From Vicugna vicugna (taxonomy: Eukaryota): a stretch of DNA of 64,000 nucleotides. Below the pieces are notes generated by a model, which was not told the origin of the DNA, did no database searches, and saw only the letters and a list, made by a program, of their open reading frames with translations. The DNA lies in assembly GCA_013265495.1 (NCBI GenBank), contig MU058065.1, positions 7,378,302 through 7,442,301 on the forward strand. Direction: 5' to 3'. The position numbers and the translations under genes are program-made. Within the stretch, counting starts at the first letter, position 1; each line of letters starts with the position of its first letter. Below are positions 54,430 to 64,000 of this stretch, piece after piece.

Positions 54430-55040
54430 TGTTACAATCCAGCTCAAACTAATTTAAACAAAAACAAGAAGGTAATACTTCACATAGTTGAGAAGTTCAG
54501 GGATGTATTTTAATGGAGAGGTTCAAAAGACCCAGGCTTCCTGCTGTGAGGGTTGTCATATTTAGCAAATAAAAATACAGAGGACCTTGTTAAGTTTGAT
54601 TTCAGAGACAGAAAAAAATTTTTTTTAGTATAAGTATGTCTCATATTGCTTTCTATATTTTATCTCTACTTGGCACCCTATGTCAACTTTCTATTCCTTC
54701 TCATGTTGGGATTACTCTCAGGCAGACTCTAGCCTTGAGGTGACAGAATGACTGCTGGAAGCCCTAAACTAACATCTCAGATCATAAGCACCATAGGAAA
54801 AAGGGCCACTTTTCCCCAAAAGTTCTAGCAAAAATCCTAGGGCTGCATCTCATTGACATGGCATGGGTCTTGTGGCCATCTTGGAAGTAAACACTCTGTC
54901 CAGGGAGATGAAATGTGGTTCAGTCTGTTGTGTTTCTACCTTTACAACTGTGATACAGGGTTAAGTCCACCTGAACCACTTGCATTAAGAGTGGGTAGGA
55001 GTTTTCCCAAAGTCAAACCAGAGTGATGATATCAGAAGAA
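54430..55040 (-). mobile_element. Old MaLR LTR (MLT1K/L-like) interrupted by a DNA element
   Basis: ttctagcaaaaatcctagggctgcatctcattgacatggcatgggtcttgtggccatc. Confidence 0.55.
54549..54680. mobile_element. MER53-like non-autonomous DNA transposon
   Basis: agggttgtcatatttagcaaataaaaatacag...ttagtataagtatgtc...tggcacccta; imperfect terminal inverted repeats. Confidence 0.7.
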
Positions 55041-57149
55041 AGACACCAACTCCATGGTTTAATAGTAGCCATTCTCTAGGGCAAGGCTCACTCCTCACAT
55101 CACACAGTGGCTTCTTAGAGTCTGATTGGACCAAAGAGAAGTGGATCATGGTTTTGCTTCTAATGGGTGAGTTTGGAGAATGGATGGCAATCTAGGTAGT
55201 TTCTGAATCAATAGCAGTAACAGTACCTAAACATTCATTAGTGCCATCTCTGTGTGGCCTGTGGTACCTAGAATGAGTTTTATATTAAGATAGAAAGGGA
55301 GATATTGTTGATGTCCATGAACTTACATTCTAGTGAGAGGTAGCTCGTTGTACCTTGTTTTAAAGTCTTATAATACTCCCTTTGTTTCTACATATAAGTA
55401 ATTATACAAAGAAGGGATGAATTAATTCCAGATAGGGATTGCTAGAGGAGATGCATTTGAGCTGGATCTTAAAGAATAGAGTTTAGACAGGCAGATGGAG
55501 AACAGAAAGAGAAAAATTCCAAATGGAGAAACTAGAAAAAGCAAACCTTTTGACTTCAGATTGCTTCTACCTGCATTGGAGGACATTGCCTTTCAGGGAG
55601 ATGGATCTTGATGTGGGCCCTTGACTTCACTCAGGGACAGACAGACATGAAAGAATCCTGGAAAAAAGTGAATGATTGTGTACTCTGCATGAGCTAGTAA
55701 TTTGATAGTCCTTTGAATACTTGTTCACAGTTCATTTAAAGAGAAGACTGAGAAATGTGAGGAGGGCTAGGAGTTGGAGAAGAGGCACTCAATTGCTTTT
55801 CTATCATCCTTGGTAATTCTACTCTGGCCCCAAATCTGCATACTCCATTCAACAAATAAAAGATTTGCAGTTAAATGGACTAATCTTCCTTTCTTAGCAA
55901 GTATCTGGGGTTCCTTAAGCCTAATACTTGGAGGAAGGAGGGTCTCACCTCCTTGACCCAGGTGCCTTAATACATCTTCTGAGCACTTGCAGTACTCTTC
56001 CTGAAGTGAGCTCTGATAAAGTCTATTTTCTCACACTGCCAGGATACTGTATTTCACTGGTGATGTTTGGTGTGACGGCCTGCCACCTCCAAATTTGACA
56101 ATACTCCAAAGAGCTGAAGATTGGAAGAAGACTGGAAATGTTTTGCCTCTTCAGTCCATGGCTGCCTGAGCACGTGGTTCAGAGGGTATCTGAGTATGTG
56201 TCACTGGCTCACTTAGGCAAGACTCCTCAGAGCATGAGGTTTTCTCCTGAAATGACCATCAGAGACTGCAGTAGAGGCTGAGTGCATGAGAAGTGCTACC
56301 AGGGGAGACTCCTGGATCCTCCATTTAACCTACACTGAGTGACCCTGAAAATTCAGAAGAATAATTGATAGTTCATAGTTAAACTGAAGGCCTTCTGCTG
56401 AGGACTGCCATCTTCAAGGATAGATAGATGTGTGGTGGTAGGACAGCTCTTCCTACTCACAGGCTGCTCTAATCTCCAGCCTAAAGTTCTCCTTTACCTA
56501 TGCCTTCTATTGACATTGGCCAATCAGAATTCACTGACATGAAAAACCCCAAATTAAATTTTGCTTGAGAAAATATTATTGTTTCAGATTTGTGTCTTTG
56601 GGCCATATATATTTAAGACAGATCCCTCTGTGTTATAGTGAGGATCCTCTAATGAAATGAGCCGGAATATGTGGTTCTAGAAAAAGATGGGCTAAGAGCT
56701 TTCTAGAAAATAAATAAGTTTGACTCACGATAAAGTTATACTTTTGAATCAATGTTTGGAAATAATTGAACTAGACAAGAAAAAAGGACAACATAATGGA
56801 ATAATAGTTCTAAACAGTGCTGTATAGTATTCTTGCCCCAGGGGAAATTGTATCTACCCTCTTGTTGGACAATTGGGTTATATTCTTTGTGGACAAACTC
56901 AAGGGCCCTTTTGTCCCCAGCCCTATCTCCCCATGGTGTGTACAGTGTTCATTTGTGCCCAAACCTTTCACATGCCAGCATTACTACTTTTATCCTGGGA
57001 TCTTCTCTTCCAGAGTGAGTTTGTCCTTATGTCTTTCAGATCCTGGGAGCCAAAAACAATAGCACAGCCTAAAATTTTCCTTTTATTTATTCTCATGCTC
57101 CTCATCTATCTTGAAAGGAACTATTTTCTTCATTTTTTTTAAAGAGTCC

Positions 57150-57617
57150 CCTGGAGGAAACTTGAATACATATTGAAAGAAACCAGTCTGAAAAAACTAC
57201 TGACTGCATGATCCTGATAATATGACATTCCAGAAAAGACGAAACTGTAGAGATAGTAAAAAAAATCAGTGGTTTGGGGGTAGAGGAAGAGGAAAGGGAT
57301 GAATAGGTGGAGCACAGGGAATTTTTAGGATAGTAGAAACTATTCCATATGCTATTGGATTGGTGGAAACATGACATCGTGCATTTGTCAAAACCCTTAG
57401 AATAGCACAACTCAGAGTGAACCCTAACATAATCTATGGACTTTAGTTAATAATAGTGCATTAATATTGTCAATGTGCCATGTTAATGAAAAGGTGTTAA
57501 AAATAGAGAAAACTGTGTGAAGGAGGGAGGGAGGATATGGGAACTCCATATTTTCTGTTACATTTAAAACATAAACTTAAAACTACTCTGAAAAATAAAG
57601 TTCACTAATTTAAAAAG
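57150..57617 (+). mobile_element. L1 3' end (L1MC-like)
   Basis: atatgacattccagaaaagacgaaactgtagagatagtaaaa...gagtgaaccctaacataatctatggactttagttaataat...aaataaag. Confidence 0.85.
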
Positions 57618-58549
57618 GAAGGCTCCTTTTACCCTGAGTATTATTTTTTTTTTCCTATTTTCCCTTCTCTGAATCTTCCTTCGGGAATGTTTGAGTTGAA
57701 CGTTACTTAGATTTGCTCAAATTTAGATCACCAAATATTCCTGCATCCTCAGCATTTCAAATTATTTCACTAGAACAAAACACAAATTTATCATTTTTGT
57801 GCTTATCTTTAATTGGCCCTTGTTCACGCAAACCATGAAGCTGACTTGTAGGCAAATTTCAGTTCAACAAGATGTTCTCGTTCCCTCCAATTCTATCCTT
57901 TCAGATCATGATGTCTTGGTCGTCTCCTCCCTGTGCCTTTTCACTGACCTAAACGCTGTCTGTAAGAAGTTTATGCAAGGGGCTGGTGGGCAGGGACCTT
58001 GCATGTAACTTTAGAAGGGTCTCTTTCTCTTGGCCTGGTTGAGAAGACCTTCACTGCATACCATGCTGATCCATCTTGACCATCCTTCCATGCCTCATAA
58101 GAGCCGACTTGGGAATCCACTGAGTTTGACTCAAGAGTGTGGTTCATTATCTTAAAAACCCTGGTCATACATATCTGAGATGATCCCTGAAGACTCTCCA
58201 GATATTTATTTAATGAGAGCAGCAAACCCAAACAGAGAGCTGTGTGGTTACAAAAAGAATTTTAAACAAAGTCACTGAGTAGTGTTCGACCCTTCTCTTC
58301 TATAAACAGGCCCTCTCTGTCATCACATTGGCTGTTCCATAGGGGCCAGAGTTATCTGTCTTGAGACACTGAAATCACAGGGTACTGCACTTCCTCAAGG
58401 CAGAGAAAATAGCCCCAGGCCTCAGAGATGGAGGCTTCCAGACAGATCTTTTAGCAGGACTATCTTAGAAGCCAGAATATTGTCATTTCCCCCACATTTA
58501 GCTCCAAAGGTAGAGCTGGGCTGAGAAGTAGGGAGGAATGACTGTGTGT

Positions 58550-58720
58550 CTTCCTACAATGTGTCAGGCACTGTATTAGGCACTTTATACAAGCCAGTCC
58601 ATTCAACCCTTGGAAATGGGTATTAGGATTCCTCAGTTTACAGATAAGGAGAAAGATGGGGAAGGGAGAGAAAGCAACACATCCAAGGTGAAGTGGCAAG
58701 ATCATCCCTCTAGCTCAGAA
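58550..58720 (-). mobile_element. MIR SINE
   Basis: tgtgtcaggcactgtattaggcacttta...tttacagataagga. Confidence 0.65.
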
Positions 58721-58724
58721 AATT

Positions 58725-59038
58725 CCAACAGTGATACAATGCAAGACACAAATGTAAGCCACATCTGTGGTTTTAAATTTTCCAGTAGCCATAGTTCTTA
58801 AAAACGAAAATAATAGATAAGATCAACATTATTAATACATTTGATTTAACCCAATACATCCAAAATATCCTTTCAACACATAATTAATAAAAAAATTGTC
58901 GAGATATTTTTATTTTTTGTTGTGGTATAAAGGCTGTAGAATCTGGTGTGTATTTTATGTTACAGCCTATCTCAGTTCAGACTTTCAGGTCACATTTCAA
59001 TTCACATGTGGATCATAGCCTTTATATTAGACAGTGCA
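58725..59038. mobile_element. MER33-like hAT-Charlie DNA transposon
   Basis: ttttaaattttccagtagcca...atttaacccaatacatccaaaatat...aatctggtgtgtatttta...tattagacagtgca. Confidence 0.75.
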
Positions 59039-59583
59039 TTCTAGAACTTCTACTTTTATCCTTGGGTTCAGTGGTACCACCCAAGCTCTGTTTTGCTCCA
59101 GTCCTTCACTGAATTGTGTTTTAATAGGATGCCTTTGACTTTCAGTGAAGAACACAGCAGCATGAGTTGTCATAACCATCAGCAACAACTGTGGGAGAGT
59201 TATTGACTGTTACTGGATCATTCACTGCTCCACACAGCCTCACACTATTTAAAGGAGACATTTACTTGTTCTCCCAAATGGTATGTCTCCTTCTTTGTCA
59301 TAAAGAGTATTTTGTTGTCTATTCTGTGTTTTATTTTGCATTGGCTACCAGGAGGCTCAGGGCCAAATTGGACTCAATATTAGCTATGGATAGATCAGTG
59401 ATTTAATGGGGGAATGTAATAAAATATTTGGTTAAATGTTCTGGAATTCATGAATATGCATATTCTACTCAGGGTAAAGGACTGTATCTTTTTCCCTTCC
59501 TAAGCAAAATGTGCTATATGTAATTTATCATGGTGTATATCTCTGGGAAATCTGCTATTACCTTATGAGGCATAGCATGGATG

Positions 59584-59856
59584 TTTTTTTTTAACATTTT
59601 TTATTGATTTATAATCATTTTACAATGTTGTGTCAAATTCCAGTGTTCAGCACAATTTCCCAGTCATTCATGGACATATACACACTCGTTGTCACATTCT
59701 TTTCTCTGTGACTTATCATAACATTTTGTGTATATTTCCCTGTGCTATACAGTGTAATCTTGTTTATCTATTCTACAATTTTGAAATCCCAGTCTATCCC
59801 TTCCCACCCTCTACCCCCCTGGTAACCACAAGTCTGTATTCTCTGTCCATGAGTCT
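59584..59856 (-). mobile_element. Young L1 3' UTR fragment, same family as 32016-32480
   Basis: ttttaacattttttattgatttataatcattttacaatgttgtgtcaaattccagtg; TSD core catggatg (59576-59583, 59865-59872). Confidence 0.9.
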
Positions 59857-60829
59857 TTAGATTACATGGATGATTTTTTAAATTTAATTTACTTTTGAGA
59901 CTGAGTAGGTTTTGCTTTCTTGAAAACTCTTAAACTGTGCTTCAGAATTAAATAAATCATAGAGTATTATTCTTTTTCCTTTGGCGAAATATAAAGAAAT
60001 ACAGAAAACAGAGAGTAGTATTTTTCCAAATGCAAGCAAGAATAAGTGTTTTCTTCCTCTGCAGAAAAGAGGCAAAAATAGGTATCTTTTTCTGCCTCTT
60101 CCCAACTTCTGTTATTTTTACAGAAAGGTCTGGTGCTACTCAGTCTATTCCATGAAGCCTCACCAGAGTAGTCTCCACAGCTGGTGCTGTTGTGTTGCTG
60201 GTTCTCTAAAAGGCATTTGCAAATAATGATAGAAGATGAGATGAATCTGAAAGGAAACTTTCAAGCCTTTGGAATTATCCAGTGTAAACTTTTCATCTTA
60301 CAGATGAGGAAACCATCATCATATCCACCCACAGGGATAGTAATATTTGAAATGGTGTCATCTACCAGATGTTGCAAAGAGCAGGTGGAAACTTCGGGTG
60401 TAACAGAAGGCCATCTCAGAGACATGGGAATTTGTGGGGTGTATCGTTTTATCCAGACTCCAAACATGATCACCAAGCTCATTTCTTTTTAATTCCTTAC
60501 TGATGTCACCCCACCAACTCAAACCCACGTCCTGATAATTTAACCTTTATTTCTATCCAAAGTGTATTATATTACTGATTCATCTTGTCCTTGATGATTT
60601 GGGCCACTATCTAGAATAGGAAGAAGGAGAAGAAGGAGGAGCAGGGACAGGAGGAGGAGGAGGAGGGGGAAGGAGAGTGGGGAGAGGGAGAGTGAGAAGT
60701 TAAACACTGAGATAAGTGACAAAAATAGCAGCATATCTATTCTTTTCAATTCCTCAGCATGTACTAAGCACCCACCAAGGTCATGCTGGTGGACACACAG
60801 ATAAATAAGACCAGCTCATGCTCCTTGCT

Positions 60830-60909
60830 TTTATTTTTTTTAATTTTTTGTGTTCTTTTTAAATTGAAAGCATAATCAGTTTACAATGTTGTGCCAATTT
60901 CTGGTGTAC
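60830..60909 (-). mobile_element. Short L1 3'-end fragment
   Basis: ttttaaattgaaagcataatcagtttacaatgttgtgccaatttctggtgtac. Confidence 0.65.
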
Positions 60910-61369
60910 GCCAACAGCAAAATCTTGCTGTCAGAATATTGTTTCCTCTACCTCAGGGTTCACATTTCAGACAAAGTATTTGTTGGGTGCCCTGAAGGAC
61001 AGAGCAAGCTATATGACTCTCTTTCAGTGTGCTCAGTAATAAATGTTTGGGCATCTGGTGGAATCTGGTTTGAGGCTTGCTCCCATTGTAATACGCCACC
61101 AGGCACATGGTTCTGGAAGAGGAGCTATGTGGCTAACCTCCTACTCCAATTGTCTAGAGAATCTTATGGCTGTGAACAGCCAGACTGGCCTAAGGTGTGG
61201 CCCCATCACTCACAAAGAGACAGAGCTCTTTAACATTTCAGGAACTTTCCACTGTAGTTCCCTTTGCTGGGAATGCTCTCCTTCTCTGGTAGTCATCTTT
61301 TGGGTTAGCTAGTTTCAAACTGAATTTTAGTTTCTCTGAGTGGCCTACTGGATCGCTCTTTCTAAGAGG

Positions 61370-61790
61370 GTGTAGGTTACTTGCTTGATTCCTCTCTCAT
61401 CAGATCCATCTTTGTTCCCTTCCTGTTCCACCCTGAACTATACGGAACTGGCTCTGGCCAGATCTGGCCCAGGGGAGGCACTAGTAGAATACTGGCATAT
61501 GGGAAAGGGGGAAGCCAGGGTAATAGTCTCTTGTGCCCTATCTTGGTTGGCATCTCCAGCAGATAAGTCCTCACTTCATATTCCTGTGGCGCAGCACCCC
61601 TTCTATGAATCTAGCTACCAGGTAGCCCCAGCTTCTAGGCTCTGGAAACACCAGCTCTTCCCATTGCCCTTCAAGTCCTGGGGGTGGGAGTGGACTTCCT
61701 ATGTTGCTAACATCTGACGGCTTTCATTGTTCCTCTCTTCTTTCCATCATGTGTACCACAACTCCTTGTACTAAATTCCCTCTGTTACAC
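61370..61790 (+). mobile_element. ERVL-class LTR (LTR33/LTR41-like)
   Basis: gaagccagggta...ccagcttctaggctctggaaacacc...ttgcccttcaagtcctgggggtggg...ttcctatgttgctaa. Confidence 0.55.
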
Positions 61791-62339
61791 TGTTACACTA
61801 TCCCCTATAATAGTGGATTATATCACCTTGCTTTGTCTTATCCACACAGTTCCTTTCACAAGCTTTAATTATTTACTTGCTTATTTGCTTACTAGCATCT
61901 TATCTATTTCCTACATTAGACTGTGATCTCAATGAAAAAGGATACTATCTATATTTGGTCACCATCAGATCCTCAATATCTTCACAGTCCCAGGTGCTCA
62001 GTAATAATTTATTAAAAGAATAAATAAATCTAATGTCAGGTGTTTTTAAATTTTGGATCCACGAACCATTCAGGAACACGTGGATGAGTTTCAGGAGATA
62101 AATAAACCTTTTAAAATTATATACAAATGTTTGTATAAATTTGTGTATGTGTTTTTTCTCCTCATGAGCAGGAATCCATAACTTTCATTAGAGTTTCAGC
62201 ATATTAAGACCTGACAGGTAAGGGACAGTGCACCTACAAGAAGAGATGTAAACATGTACAGCTGTTATTAGAATTTTATAATATTGATGTTAGTAAAAGT
62301 ACATGGGAGCACAGAGGAAGAATTTAGTCTCTCTTTCCA

Positions 62340-63065
62340 GTTGTTCAAGCTAAAAACAGATGTTACCCTTGACATCTCATTTTCTCTTATTCTTCACTTC
62401 CAAATCCATCAACAATTATATCAGTTGGCTCTACCTTCAAAACACATCCAGAATTCAGTCTCTACCATCATCACCCTGGCTTAAGCCACCATTATCTTTT
62501 CTGGATGAATGAAAAAAGACTCTTGTCTGCCTCAGCTCTTCCCCTTATATAGTCTGTTCTCAACAGAGCAGCTCAAAGTCTGACAGGAGTCAGATCATGT
62601 CACTTATTTGTTAAAAACTCTCCAGTGGTTCCCATCTCGCCCAGAGTTAAAGTTAAAGGCCTCCCAAAGCCCACTTTCCCCCCCCCTCTTTCTCCCTCCT
62701 CATTTCCAACCTCTCTCCTTCATTGCCCAACCAACTTACCTTGTTGCTGTTTCTTCTCCCACCACAGGTCTCCTATGCTGGAATGCTCTTCTCCCATACA
62801 GCTTCTTCTTTGTTTCTACATTCCTTCCAAGTGTTTGCCCATACAACAAATAATGCCCCTGCTCCCCTCTCTCTATCCTGCTCACCCTGTTTTATTTTTA
62901 TCCATAGCATGGATCATCATCTGATATACTGTTTATTTAATTTATTTGTTTACTGTTTATCCCTTCCACTAGAATGTGAGCTCCAAAAGGACAAGAACTT
63001 CATTTAATTCAAGCTTGAAACAGTGCCTGGAGCAAGGTAGAGTCTCAATATATATTTGAGTGGGT
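62340..63065 (+). mobile_element. LINE-2 (L2a-like) 3' region
   Basis: ctctaccttcaaaacacatccagaat...cagatcatgtcact...ccactagaatgtgagctcc...acagtgcctgg...ctcaatatatatttgag. Confidence 0.85.
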
Positions 63066-63317
63066 GTGATGGTGGCAATATTTAGAGAAACTTAAAAGAT
63101 GAGTAGGATTTGGAGGGGCAAAGATGGATGGGTGATAGCAGGGGAGAAAGGTCAGTGACAAGCATCCATCAAGGCTGGATGAGGATAGAGTCCTTTCCTT
63201 CTGAGTATGTTTTAATTTCAGAATATTATATTCAATCATCACCCATTTCCCCTCCCCAAGGTCTAGCCTAGATAAGTTCATAGGTGGGTAGATATTCTGT
63301 TTCATACACAGAATTGG

Positions 63318-63318
<1 letters not shown>

Positions 63319-63360
<42 letters not shown>
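63319..63360. repeat. (ATT)n microsatellite
   Basis: Direct reading. Confidence 0.95.
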
Positions 63361-64000
63361 TGCTTAGTCCATGGGTATAACTGGACTAAAGAAATTTAGA
63401 GTTTAGTTAGCTAGTGCTATTTCAGGGTGAGTTCTTGACATACCTGATGAATAATGCAACAGGTGATTGTGTTGGGAGGCAGAAATTGATGATGGAAGTC
63501 AAGGAAGGTGAGAGTGAGAAAGAGAGAGAGAGAGAGGCATAACAAAACCTTACTGACGAGTTTGAGGAGTTCCAGGTTATCCAATAACTCTTTTCCAGCC
63601 TCTCCCATCTGTCATCCTGAAATGCTGGGGAGATTGACTTCAAGGAACACAGTCAAATTTTGTTTTTGGAGACTGCAGGGTAAACATTACAGATCTGGAA
63701 CTGCTGGCTCAAGACTTCAAAGCCTTGAATAAAGCTGCTGGATGATTTGGAAGCCACCTGGCAGGAAATTTAACTTTTGCAGTTTTTTTCCTTCCCAATC
63801 CTTAATTCCTACCTGCCTCCCTCATCCTCCGTAACACCAAATTAGCTATTTGGATGCCATAGATGCAGTTTAGTCTTGGGTACCAGCCAAGGTCACGCGG
63901 CTTAGTGCATAAGAAGTGAATGCCAGCTGTATTTCAGACAGAATTTCTAAGGCCAGAGAAGCGGGAGGTATGGGCTTCCTGATCTTGGATTTTCTTCTCC

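Noticed and set aside
63425..63512. Possible small exon (cag…AAG/gtgag)
   Set aside because: Weak polypyrimidine tract and no partner exons; such motifs are frequent by chance.
1..64000. CRISPR array, prokaryotic operon or non-retroviral endogenous viral element
   Set aside because: Sequence is mammalian repeat-rich DNA with no regularly spaced repeats and no viral-like ORF in the six-frame track.

Overview
Mammalian non-coding DNA, intergenic or deep intronic. It is probably camelid, judged from recalled resemblance of its tRNA-derived SINEs and young L1 3' ends to camelid families. I found no recognisable protein-coding exon, tRNA, rRNA or CRISPR array. The window is mostly layered transposon fossils (L1 of several ages, L2, MIR, ERVL/MaLR LTRs, hAT DNA elements), microsatellites and one 28-N gap. 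The only long meaningful ORF is a 1.38-kb internal L1 ORF2 fragment. I cannot support a new biological system, but several rearrangement signatures stand out. (1) A 642-bp inverted duplication (40091-40732 / 44122-44763) is fused to the 5' end of a decayed L1, and its arms are far more identical than that L1's age predicts. (2) A 62-bp inverted templated insertion flanked by a 13-bp duplication sits in an MLT2 LTR. (3) An intact, tailless, TSD-less L1 ORF2 piece is dropped into an older L1. (4) There is a ~20-bp ultra-short L1 insertion and (5) a 33-bp quasi-palindrome. Repeat family names come from recall of consensus sequences, not from a search; boundaries of old repeats are approximate and all alignments were done by eye.
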